The notes beneath the pieces were generated by a model. The model was given only the letters and a program-made list of their open reading frames with translations. It was not told where the DNA came from and made no database searches. 64,000 nucleotides of DNA from positions 8,246,001 through 8,310,000 of the forward strand of contig OX597824.1 of NCBI GenBank assembly GCA_951406725.2. Direction: 5' to 3'. This DNA is from Octopus vulgaris. Its lineage: Eukaryota. This document shows, piece after piece, positions 40,699-52,888 of the stretch; position 1 is the first letter of the stretch; the number at the start of each line of letters is the position of its first letter. The translations under genes were made by a program, and so were the position numbers.

Positions 40699-40768
40699 GA
40701 GCGTTTCTTTTCTTCTTTGAATCTTGCTTTCGCCTTCGTCCGTTTTTTCCTCGCCTGGAGTGCCAGGG
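40699..40768 (-). CDS. SRPK: SR protein kinase (SRPK1/2-like), coding exon 2 ((A)LALQARKKRTKAKARFKEEKKR(S))
   Basis: Acceptor gtgtttctccaattag|, 70-nt exon, donor |gtgagt. LALQARKKRTKAK matches the N-terminus of human SRPK1 (MERKVLALQARKKRTKAKK). The next expected exon (ILGSDDDEQEDP.DYCKG) was not found in 1-40698. Confidence 0.9.
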
Positions 40769-40902
40769 CTAATTGGAGAAACACAACAGCAAGGATAAGG
40801 GCATTAGTGATGGTAACAACAAGAATAATGGTCTTGTAGAGGTTCTTAGTTTGCCTCAAGGTGTTCAACAGCTGTAACATTACGAATCAGTACCTACACA
40901 CA

Positions 40903-40953
<51 letters not shown>

Positions 40954-41204
40954 TGAAAGAAGAAAGGATGATGGCCACCACAACTGATATATATATACTG
41001 TATATATATATATATATGTATATATAATAATGTACAGTGTAGGAATGGATGTGAGTGTGTGTAATGCTGGTAATCCAGTGATAAAGCGTCCTTTCAGCAA
41101 TAATGAAAATAGGTGACCAATAAAATGATTATTAGAAATATTTAAAATTTGAATGTGAGAGGGGTGATGTCAACAGTCAGTGTGAATTAATGGCCTACAT
41201 CACT

Positions 41205-41990
41205 GTATATATATATATACACACACATACAATATACATACTATATATATATACACAATATACATACTATATATATATCTATACACAATATACATACTAT
41301 TAAATATATATACACACAATATACATACTATATATATATATATACACAATATACATACTATATATATATATATATATACAATATACATACTATATATATA
41401 TACACACAATATACATACTATATATATATACACACAATATACATACTATATATATATACACACAATATACATACTATATATATATACACACAATATACAT
41501 ACTATATATATATACACACAATATACATACTATATATACATACAATATACATACTATATATACATATACATACACAATATACCTACTGTTTATATATACA
41601 CATACAATATACATACTATATATATATATACATACTATATATATATATACATACTATATATATATATATATATACACAATATATATATATACACACACAC
41701 AATATGCAGACTATATATACATACAATATACATATACATACACACACAATATACCTACTGTTTATATATACACATACAATATACATACACACACAATATA
41801 CATACTGTTTATATATACACATACAATACACATACTATATATACATACTGTTTATATATACACATACAATATACATACTATATATACATACACAATATAC
41901 ATACTGTTTATATATACACATACAATATACATACACAATATACATACTGTTTATATATACACATACAATATACATATTATATATACACAC
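41205..41990. repeat. minisatellite CACAATATACATACT(AT)n in SRPK intron 1
   Basis: Many ~24-34-nt units visible, with a variant unit containing actgttt in the right half. Confidence 0.9.
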
Positions 41991-44011
41991 ACACAACCCA
42001 TGCCAGCTTAGAAAATGTGTGTACTGGCAGAAACATAAATATATATATACACACACTATACATAAATACATGAGTGTGTATATCTATCTATATATATATG
42101 CACACATATACATAGGTATAAACATGCATGGAGACATAAACACAAATTCTACATTTATTTAACACAATATATATATACACACGTATATAAACGCGTGTTT
42201 TATACATGTCCATACAGCCTTGCAATGTATGAAAAAAAGAAAAATAGAGACGGTTACAGTTACTTTATTAACAACAACAAAACAAAATATAATTTTAATA
42301 AATGGACATTTAATACTGTCACAATTTCTTCTTTGTAACGAAAAGGAAAGATATTTTCCTTTTATTATAAATCCGTTCCTTTCTTAGATTCACTTCCAAC
42401 GGTTTCTGTCTTCTTAATTCATTTGAATTCAATTTAAGGTTTCTTCCGTTGCTAACGAGATGTACTAAAATGGAAAAACAACACCCCGTACTAAGCGGGG
42501 AGACGGGAAACTGCTCGGGGTACAATAAGGGGTTTAATCTGTAGTTTATTACAAACTATTCGTGTATATGCAGGACTTCTAGGTCAGCCCCTGATTAGGG
42601 ATCTACTATGATTTAAACACATTCCATCTACGACCATCCAGTGGCTTTTTTTTTTTTTGCCCCTTTTTTCTTTTGTTACCCTGTATTTAGGGTGGATGTA
42701 TTTTTGGTCTGGACCCTAGACAGTGCACCCAAAAACACCCGAAAACCAACAGAGTCAATCGGACAATGATTCCATTTTAAGACAGTTGCCTTCGTTTAAG
42801 AGTGCTGTATGTAAATTTGAGGGGAAATTGGCTGCTATGTTTAATTTTAACACCGAGAACCACCGTAAAACTGATCAGAGAAAAGGCTGGGGTTTTATTT
42901 TTTGTTTCTTTCCTTTAATTGTTCGTTTGTCTTTATTTTCAGAAACAGATATTCCTGGTTTTGTTTTCACCCTTATTTCTTCAATGAGGTACGAATTACT
43001 CTAAGGTGAAAAAGCTTCATATATATATATACATACATAATATACATACTATTTATATATATATAGACATATATGTCTCTCTCTCTCTATATATATATAT
43101 ATACATACTATTTATATATATATATATACACACAATATACATACTATTTATATATATATAGACATTTGCATAGTTTTTCATATGTATGTATATATATATA
43201 CACACACACGTGTACATATACATTCACAGACATGTATATACGTGTGTACATATATATATATATATATATGTATATACACACATGCACCAATATATTGGTG
43301 TATACACGCATATATATATGTAGACGTGTGTACTAAGAGACGGTTAAAGAATTAACATTTTCAAACGTAGAAATCACAAATGTTTTAAGAAAAAAAAGAA
43401 GTGAAGTGAAGTGGAGGAGGGGGGGGAATTACAATACAAAGCAGAGAGGGGGGGGAGAAAGAAAGAAAGAAAGAGAGAAAGAACAAAGCTAGAGGAACGA
43501 ACATTAATGATAATGATAATAATAATAATAATGATGATAATAATAATGATGATGATAATGATAATAAATTAGAGATTCTCCCAAACCAAAAACTCTCACA
43601 CACAGCAAACCTTTAAAGCTTATTACTATTTCTTCCTTTTCTTTTCTTTTTTCTTTCTCACACACTTTGTGACCGTAATGAGGAGGGGAGGGTGGGGGGA
43701 GATTGCTAGAGACGTGGTTTAGTGGGTGATGGTCATTTGTTTTCGTCCCTCCACCGTCTCCACCACCACCACCATCATCATCATCACCGCCGCCACCACC
43801 ACTATCATCATCAAGTTATCAATGAATTCATTTACATACATCTCTATACTCTTTTCTTTCTTTCTTTTCTCACGCTCTGTCGTCCTCCCTCCCCACCTTT
43901 CTCTCTCTCTCTCTCACTCGTAGGGCTTTTCTTTTTTTTAACGAAAGACAATTAATTAATTAATTACTGATCATCATCATCATCACATATCATGGTTTAC
44001 GGGTTCTTTAC

Positions 44012-44036
44012 CTTTGCGAGGTATTTTGGAGCTCAT
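44012..44036 (-). CDS. SRPK: SR protein kinase (SRPK1/2-like), coding exon 1 (MSSKIPRK + 1 nt)
   Basis: Minus strand ATG AGC TCC AAA ATA CCT CGC AAA G|gtaaag. Phase-1 donor splices in frame to exon 2. Resembles the short first exons of human SRPK1 (MERK) and the SRPK2 MSSRK isoform. Lies next to a CpG-rich promoter-like region. Confidence 0.82.
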
Positions 44037-44260
44037 CTCCTCCTGCCTCCTCCACACTCTGTATTTTAGGTTCAAGTGTAACTATGCTATTTCCTGCGAT
44101 ACACTGCGCATCTCCTCCGCTCTGGACACTAGCATCATGGGAACTTCCGGTTTCAATTGTCGGTTCGGTCCGGTTCCGTTCGGTTCACTCCGGTTATGGT
44201 ACACGCTCGGCTTACGCTATGTATGCTTCGTTGTAATAAATTGTTGATGGACAGCACGCA
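44037..44260 (-). promoter_or_regulatory. SRPK 5'UTR and putative core promoter
   Basis: CpG-rich unique sequence upstream of the ATG, with an ETS-like ACTTCCGG (44143-44150) and repeated CGGTT units (44161-44195). TSS not determinable from sequence. Confidence 0.5.
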
Positions 44261-44388
44261 TGGCCTCGCCTTTTCGTTTTATTTTTGCGTGGTGCTAAAT
44301 GAGAAGAACTATTTACATTTGAGTTTTTCTTTTACGTTCAAAAGCTCTCTTATCTCTTATTTATAAATAAGAAAATGTTTGAAGCTAC

Positions 44389-44550
44389 AGGCGTGGCTAT
44401 GCGGTAAGAAGTTTGCCTTCCCAGTCACGATGCCTCGCGTTCAATCCCATTGCAAGACACATTGAGCAAGTGTTTTTTTTATTATAGCTCTGGACTGACC
44501 AAACAAAACCTTGTGCGTGAATTTGGTAGACAGAAGCTCGTCGTGCATAT
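44389..44550 (+). mobile_element. tRNA-SINE family A 5' half, upstream of SRPK
   Basis: aggcgtggctatgcggtaagaagtttgc...gttcaatccc...ttgagcaagtg...atttggtagac. Confidence 0.7.
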
Positions 44551-44785
44551 ATTTGTGTGTGTGTGTGTAGTGTTTATACATATATATATACACACTCGTG
44601 TATATATATACATGAGTGTGTGTATATATATAAACACTACACACATACACACAAATATATGTATATATATATATATATATATATACACGAGTGTGTGTAT
44701 ATATATAAACACTACACACACAAATATATGTGTATATGTATATATATATATATACACGAGTGTGTGTATATATATATACACACAC

Positions 44786-45080
44786 TCGTGTGGTTAGGCT
44801 GCCGCACTCACTATCGCTTGATCGTGGTTTCGATTCACTGACTGGGCGGCGCGTTGCATTCTTGAGCAAGACACTTCATTTCACGTTGCTTTCGACCAGG
44901 GTGGAATTGTTTTATTATTACCCACAAGGGCGAACATAGAGGGGACAATACAACCTGATGTTGGCCTCCTCGCCTAGCCGGTGGGTCGCGCCATTTGAAG
45001 GCTGAAACAATACAACTGCCCGTTGTGACCAGCGATGTGTGACGACATCTGACGGCCTGGTCGGTCACGTGATCACACGA
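44786..45080 (+). mobile_element. tRNA-SINE family H
   Basis: B box ggtttcgattc, ttgagcaagacacttcatttcac core, tail ggtcggtcacgtgatcac. Related copy at 54312-54523. Confidence 0.7.
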
Positions 45081-45112
45081 AGTCATCAGTAAATTATGAA
45101 TCCGAAAGAGAA

Positions 45113-45543
45113 CTCTTTTTACTCTTTTACTTGTTTCACTCATTTGACTGCGGCCATGCTGGAGCACCCCCTTTAGTCGAGCAACTCGACCTCCGAACTT
45201 ATTCTTTGTAAGCCTAGTACTTATTCTATCGGTCGCTTTTGCCGAACCGCTATCTTGGTAGACGGAAACTGAAAGAAGCCCGTCGTATATTTGTATATGT
45301 ATACATGTTTGTGTGTAAACACACCACCATCGGTTGTCAAGCTATGTTGAGGGGGACAAACACAAACATATATACATATACAAATATACGACGGGCTTCT
45401 TTCAGTTTCCGTCTACCAAATCCACTCACAAGGCTTTGGTCGACCCGAGGCTATAGTAGAAGACACTTGCCCAAGGTGCCACGCAGTGGGAATGAACCCA
45501 GAACCATGTGGTTGGTAAGCAAGCTACTTACCACACAGCCGCT
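45113..45543 (-). mobile_element. tRNA-SINE family A with short internal inversion
   Basis: Full head and tail. 45256-45310 is an inverted copy of the ttggtagacggaaactgaaagaagcccgtcgtatat segment. Confidence 0.85.
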
Positions 45544-45887
45544 CATTCTAACTTATAGAGCTGTAGAATAATTAGATAAAGATGGCTATAGCCGGTCTAT
45601 GCGGTTACCCTGGGTAACGTTCGGTTCGGTTATGGTATGCTATGCGCTTAAGGTCTGAAGAAACGCCTTAAAGCTAAGCGCTTTACGGACGGGAAACCCA
45701 GAGTAACGCCATAGCTATATTTTTAAGCGGTCATGCGACAACAGGTTTTTGGGATCGGACGATATGCTATAATGCTAAACCTTTGATGGACGGGAAACTT
45801 AAGGTAATCCCATAGGCCAGCCTTCCCCATTTTTAACTACTCTACATCTTAGAGTGTGCGTCTTCTTTTGGATTTACATATTTTACA

Positions 45888-45959
<72 letters not shown>

Positions 45960-45979
45960 AGAGAGAGAGAAAGAGAGAG

Positions 45980-46337
45980 ATGAGTGTATTTTTCCCTTGT
46001 TAACGGAAAAAATAGATAAATAGTTATCAGGGTAGCAAAAATCACTCAAGTAAAGAGGTTGTAACTCCTTGTTTTTAAAGGTAGAAACTTCGGGTTTACG
46101 TGGAATTTTTTGTATAATATATAAATAAATGGAGCTTAACGTAGATATAATTAAAATACTTTTACTTCCGACACATGTTTCGAAGAAATCACTGATATTA
46201 TTCCAAAGGAATAAATGGTGTAAAACAATGTAATCTTCTCAGAGAAGATTACATTCTCATTCTTTGGAAGCCTAGTACTTATTCTATCGGGATCTTTTGC
46301 CAAACCGCTAAGTTACGGGGATGTAAACACAACACCA

Positions 46338-46380
<43 letters not shown>

Positions 46381-46589
46381 TAGAGAGAGAGAGAGAGAGA
46401 GAGACTATACCATTTTCTATTTTCTCTCCCTGTTTATTTTTGTGTTCCTTTCTGTCAAAGAGCGTAGGCTCGAAACGTAAAAGACTTTCTCACTTCCCAA
46501 GCGTTAAACTAATACCGTCTTCGTCTTTTGTTTTTTGTAAATTCTCACTAGACAGACAGACAGACAGACAGATAGACAGACAGACAGAC

Positions 46590-46655
<66 letters not shown>

Positions 46656-46900
46656 ATGGAGTTAAACGTAGGTGTTATTCAAATCTTTATACTTCCGACA
46701 GATGTTTCGAAACATATGTAGGTAGTATAAAGATCTGAATAACACTCGCGTTTAACTCGATTTATTTACCTATGTTATGCAAAATCATTTCCGCAAAACA
46801 TGGAATTTCTACCTTTATAAGAAGGCTGTTACATCCTTGGTACTTATGTGAATTTTTGCTACCCTGGTAACAATTTATTTTTTCCGTGCTATTTGTAAAC
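45980..46900. mobile_element. nest of probable PLE terminal-repeat fragments within microsatellites
   Basis: 46003-46090 and 46812-46888 are inverted homologues. 46130-46180 and 46657-46708 are related and read GAAACA-NN-TGTC on the minus strand. Interleaved with (AT)n, (GA)n and (GACA/GATA)n. Confidence 0.45.
46448..46483 (+). ncRNA. minimal hammerhead-like motif of another PLE family (non-canonical core)
   Basis: cttt-CTGTCAA-A-GAGC[gtag]GCTC-GAAACGTA-aaag. Stems I and II perfect and ACGT stem III present, but the core deviates from CUGANGA. Confidence 0.5.
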
Positions 46901-46924
46901 ATTGAAAAAATACACATACATTTA

Positions 46925-47125
46925 TGTGTATGTGTGTGTTTGTCCCCCCCAATATCGCTTGACAACCGATGTTGATGTGTTTACATCCCCGTAAATTAGC
47001 GGTTCGGCAAAGAGACCGATAGAGTAAGTACTAGGCTTACAAAGAATAAGTCCTGGGGTTGATTTGTTCGGCTAAAAGCGGTGCGCCAGCATGGCCGCGG
47101 TCAAATGACTGAAACAAATAAAAGA
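46925..47125 (+). mobile_element. tRNA-SINE family A, 3' half
   Basis: gtttgtccccccc...gcggttcggcaaagagaccgatag...aatgactgaaacaaataaaag. Confidence 0.8.
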
Positions 47126-49393
47126 ATTTCTTTTCTCGCTTTTTTACTCCTGTGTCTACACATTTTCAATTGTTTTTGTACCTTTCGCCCGCCATCTGCA
47201 ATTTCCGTGTTCCTTTCCTTCCCCGTTAAGTACTGATAGCTATTCCCAAAACTCATTCCTTTATTTTATCGGCCTTGAAAAGGTGAAAAGCAAAGTTGAC
47301 ACCGATAGGATTTAATCTCACAACATTAAAAAGAAACAGAAAAGAAACAATGCAAAGCCGATATTCAATATTGGAGTGGTACTTTATTTTATCGACCTCA
47401 GAGAGATGAAAGGCAAAATTGATCTCTGTGAGATTTGAACTCATAACGTAAGAAGACGAAAGTAATGCTGTATCGATTCTTCTGCTTACTAATAGAAATA
47501 TAGATTTTACATCCATGACTGTTGTCTTTCGTGGTTATGACGATGAACAAGGTTAAAAAACTGGAAACTGTCTCATAGAGGCAGTGACCTGTGAAATTGA
47601 AAGGGTGGTTGAACAAACAATCGTGTTTAATGAAATCAAAATGGTTTTAAACATTTTAAGTTTGTTCAACACCATAGCGAAGACAGAATTATAATAATGG
47701 AGACCCTGATTTGCTCACTGAGTAATAATGAGGTAGTGAGCATAAAATTCCCCTAATATTTGATGGGAAATGATGAGAGTCTAGCATTAGTTTCAGAACT
47801 ACAGTTACAAGGTTTATGGCTGCGCATGCCGTTGTACGGGGCCTGTAAGCCATGTTTTAAAATCATTAAGATGGCTCTAGACTTTTTCAAGTTTGTCCAA
47901 CTTTATTGTGAATAAAGAAGAATTGTAAAGATACAAGTCATTTTAATCTACTCGTCAAAAAGAGACAGGGAACAAACAGCCCAACAATTACACAATAAAC
48001 CGTGGTTTTTATTTTGTACAAAAATCTTCTGTACCTAAGGGTTTCCAAAACGAAGCCTAATAAACTTTTGTAAGATGAGAAGAAATTGTCTCAAGTTCAA
48101 AGCATGACGTAATATAGATTTTTGATGAAAATCCATGTCCTTTATACAATGTTCATAGATACCAATGCATCGTTAGGGTCTAAAACTGAGGACCGGTTTA
48201 CAGGCATTTTATTGCCTTCCAATACAGCTACAAAAAACCGAAAGATTAACTTTTATGTAATTCCCCATCACCTTTCTATAAATTAGATGACTAACGATTA
48301 ACGATTTTGCGTCCTAATAATTCTTCGCCAAAATTAACAAAGTTTAAAATCAGTTTAATTTTTGTGGAACATGGCAGTGTCTACTCGTTCCAGCTTTCAC
48401 AGGCCCTGGCCCTCGTCTAAGACAAACATTGGTAAATGGTGTATAGTTGTGGTTCCTCAAACCTACTCCGTTACAGAAACTTTACACGCTTTTCCAGAAA
48501 TCACAGAAACCATATCTATTATTTTATGGACAGCCCTCACCGCTATAAGACATTGAATAAACAAAGTTTTAAGAGAATTTATAAATCTATATTTAAAATA
48601 TTTGAAAAAGATAACTTATTATTTTAAAAATGGTAAATATTTTTTAAAATGAATTTTTCTATTTTTTTAAATGACAACTTTCGGAACTCCAGATTGATTT
48701 TTCATGCAACCCGCCTTGACAAACACGAATATAATTAATAAGTAATCAGTGACGAAATTTTAATTAATTAAAATGAGAATATCAATAATGAGGAATGTAC
48801 AAAAGTAATTTAGCTCTCGTCAACGGTCGAAAAGAATAAGTAAATGCTTTAAAATAGTTTGCGTAACCTTTTTAATGAAATATCGAAAAAGAAATACTTC
48901 AAAATGAATGAAAATATAAAATTTCATCATACGTAAGCCTTGTCGTTGAAGACGACGTACACATTCATTCATAAATTTCTCTGTCGAAATTTTCCAAATT
49001 GAATAATTATGTTTCAGTTACTATTTCGAAATTAGGAACTTATTTTTCTTTTTAAATTAGACATTTCTCATTTCCAGCAATGCTAGTAATGGGAGACAAA
49101 AATAGTAATCTCTTATTTAAAAAAAATATGATCTATTTTTAAACATTCCTTATTTCGTTTCGGTCACTGAGGATATCTACGCTATTTTTACATATTACCC
49201 ACTATTGTTGGTTTCAGTTTAATTTACGCCGCCTTTGTCCTAGATTACCTCAATGAGATATAGCTTGCGTGCTGTGGTATGGTTTGGTTGGCTTTAGTTT
49301 GGTTTAGTATCATACCAAATTGATATGGTTGCGTTACGTAGAAAGAAGGGAAGAGATGAGGCACAGAGAGGACGACATTTAGAGTTGTCCAGT

Positions 49394-49870
49394 ATGATGA
49401 TGACGGTAACGATGACGACGATGATTATGATGACGATGATGGTACCACTTGAGAACAGTGGTCCCGGTGCGCGCACTCGCGTACTTGCGCATCGTCGCTA
49501 GCTAGTCGTGACTAGTCGATCCTTACTTTGTGTTTTTGTGTTATTTACTTTGTTTGAAAAAATTTTATTTATTTTGTGCTTTATTTACTTTGCTTAGGTA
49601 GTCGTTGTAGGATCGACTAGTCACGACTAGCTAGCGCGACTACGCGAGTGCGCGCACCGGGACCACTGTTCTCAAGTCGTACCGATGACGATAACGATGA
49701 CGGTGACGACGATGATGACGATGATTACGATAACAATGACGATGACGAAGACGATGTTACTGACCACGACGACAACGATTATGATGTTGGCAACGGCGAC
49801 GACGACGACGATGATGATGATGATGACGATGACGATGACGATGATGATGATGATGATGATGACGACAATG
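49394..49870. repeat. (GAT/GAC)n trinucleotide repeat split by the MITE
   Basis: Visible on both sides of 49441-49683. Confidence 0.9.
49441..49683. mobile_element. GC-rich MITE with bipartite terminal inverted repeats
   Basis: 49441-49483 vs 49641-49683 match at 42/43 nt and 49496-49523 vs 49609-49636 at 28/28 nt, around a T-rich spacer. TA (or GTAC) at both ends. Confidence 0.8.
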
Positions 49871-49938
49871 ACAAGGAAAGAAAAAGGAAGTAAGAAATAC
49901 GCACAGCTTGAATGGTGGTGGCGTATTTAATATAATAT

Positions 49939-50080
49939 ATATTTCTTTACTACCCTCAACAAGGGTCTAAACACAGAGAGGGGACAAACAAGGACAGACA
50001 AACGGATTAAGTCGATTACGTCGACCTCAGTGTGTAACTGGTACTTATTTAATCGCCCCCGAAAGGGATCGACCCCGAAA
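49939..50080 (-). mobile_element. 5'-truncated SINE B with TSD
   Basis: TSD gcgtatttaatataatat at 49921-49938 and 50081-50098. Confidence 0.85.
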
Positions 50081-50505
50081 GCGTATTTAATATAATATCG
50101 AAGAAAGAGAAGAAGAGATCATTACCGACGGACTAACATTAATCGAATGTTCTTGTATGGCTTACTGTTGTCATTAAGTTATTTAACCTAAATCATACCG
50201 GATCGTGTACGATAATCATCAAAAGCCTTCTAGCCGTGACATCCACGTCGTTTTCTATGCATCAGAGGATGTGTGTGTGTGTATGAACGATGGTCTAAGA
50301 TTTGAGAAATTCAACTTATATATATATATATATGAGTATGTGTAAAAATATATGTGTATGCATGTATGTATGCATATATATATATATTTGTGTGTGTGCA
50401 TATAACTTTCTGTTCCAGCTGAAAGGCTTTGGCCATGCTGGGGCACCGCCACTAAACGCAAAGACGACCCTACTGGGATTTGAACATATGTCCTAAGTCT
50501 GTATT

Positions 50506-50730
<225 letters not shown>

Positions 50731-51201
50731 GATGCGACCTCTCTCTATCTGACAGGCAGGTAGAGAGAGGTCTAGTGGTATCGATTATAAATTGTTGCTA
50801 TATAGTACAACACCCCACGGTAATGTAACAGATATTAAAATGTATTTCTGTAACGCAGCTGGGTATTACCATATCTTTAGTATTATTAGCCATCCACGCA
50901 CACACGCACACAAACCAGGCCTTCATATCGCAAAGCACACGCGTAACATCGTTTACATATGTCATTGATATATACTGTTTGTTCATATTTAGTGATGATA
51001 TTGTTTAGTGGTGGTCACGGTGGGAGGGAGGGCGGGGCGGAGCGGGTGGTTTACTAGTAAATGGTTTTTTTTTTTTGTACGAAGCACTTTTCCCGTTGTT
51101 GTTGCTTAACCACAGGTCTGCAACGGTCGAACGAACCTGTGAAGAAAAATGTGCTGCGGTCTTAATAAACTACACGACTATCTTGTCTTTTATATTCTGC
51201 A

Positions 51202-51236
<35 letters not shown>

Positions 51237-51558
51237 ACAAATGCGCGCACGCACGCATGCACACACACACACACACACCCAAAAATAAAACGGTTTTGGT
51301 AATGTTGAAAATAAGTGTGTGTGTGTAAGATATATATATATATGCGAGGAAGGGCATCCAGCTGTAGAAACACTGCCAGATCTGACTGGCCTGGTGCAGC
51401 CTATATATATATTAAACGATGATGATGATGATGATGATACTTTATTAAAAACAAGAAATATCAGATATTTCTTCTGCTTTTAATAAAGCATATTACTCTA
51501 CCTCTGGTATTTGAGCACTCTGTTTTCACCCTGTTTCACATTTATGCACTTACTCTGG

Positions 51559-51588
<30 letters not shown>

Positions 51589-51589
<1 letters not shown>

Positions 51590-52205
51590 CATCATCATCA
51601 TCGTTTAACGTCTATTTTCCATGCTAGCATCGGTTGGACAGTTCGACCAGGGTCTGGAAAACCAGGAGGCTGCACCAGGCTCCAGTCTGATCTGGCAGTG
51701 TTTCTACAGCTGGATGCCCTACCTAACGCCAACCACTCCGTGAAGGTAGTAGGTGCTTTTTACATGCCACCGGCACAGGTGCCAGGGGAGGCTGGCAATG
51801 GCCACGATCGGTTAGTGCTTTTTACGCGCCACCGGCGTGGAAGCCAGTCAAGGCGGCACTGGCATCACCCACGATCAGTTGGTGCTTTTTATGTGCCACC
51901 GGCACAGATATCACAACTACAATTTCCATTTCATATTTATTTTGATGTTGATGTACTTGACTCAGTAGGTCTCCTCAAGCACAGCAGGTCACCCTTTGAT
52001 CCAAGATAAGCACAGCAGGCCGTCCTGCGATCCAAGGTACTTTGGATGGGCTGGAGCTTCTATGTGAAGCTGGTGCAGGAAACAGCCATGAACTCACGTT
52101 GTTTGTTGGGTCTTCGCAGTCACAGCATAACTCCTGTGAGGCCCAACGTTTGAAGGTCATGCTTGACCACCTCATCCCATGTCTTCCTGGGTCTACCTCT
52201 ACCTC
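51589..52205 (-). mobile_element. RTE LINE: ORF C-terminus plus complete 3'UTR
   Basis: Minus strand RGRPRKTWDEVVKHDLQTLGLT (52200 downward) continues into the abundant 'aggaagggcatccagctgtagaaac...(gat)n' repeat. Confidence 0.85.
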
Positions 52206-52888
52206 GGATTCCTATATATATATAGTTAATCCCTGAAAAAACATGAGGAAAAAAAACAGGAGACAGGAAAGTCCAAAAGAAAAGGAGGACGGAAGGAAAA
52301 AATCACCAACAATCCACATGTAGTTACATTTTGGAATGTGTGTGTGTGTAAACTTTCAATTTTTATGAAATTGTTTTCAGTTACAAAATGTGAAAAATGC
52401 ATCATATTGCCGGAATATCTTTTATTGAAATTGACAACATCAATGGGAGGGATGGGCATGGCGCTGACTAAGCATTTCAAGCAGTTCATCTGGGTGAGCT
52501 GGTCTTTCGCACACAGATCCCCATTCGACCCCTTGGCTATCATTGACCCCTTTTAATTCCTCACTGAGCCGTAAGAGTTTTCTCGGACCCCCTTTGGCGA
52601 CCCCTATCTTAGAGCATCATGGATGAGGCTTTTCAGTCTTGTAAGACATCTGCACTCTTTTGCACAGACATAACAATGATGGGCACCTCTTGCAGTAGGT
52701 GCTAAAATTAACAGTACATTAGTCCAGTTGAGTTGAATATAATTCATTGACAAGATCTACCAAGATCAAAACATCTTCTCTATTTTCACGAGTTGTATTT
52801 AAAGACCTACATTCAGTTTTTCCTCTCCAGAACACTGGTTTAATGGGGTCTACTTGCTCATCATATCCAACGCTGGATTAACTATTAA

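Noticed and set aside
40769-40880. Hydrophobic N-terminal part of ORF 40695-40880 as a signal or TM segment
   Set aside because: Lies upstream of the AG acceptor at 40769-40770, so it is intronic; SRPK similarity starts exactly at the acceptor.
49648-49930. Poly-Asp / Met-Thr ORFs
   Set aside because: GAT/GAC trinucleotide repeat plus MITE arm, with no splice or homology support.
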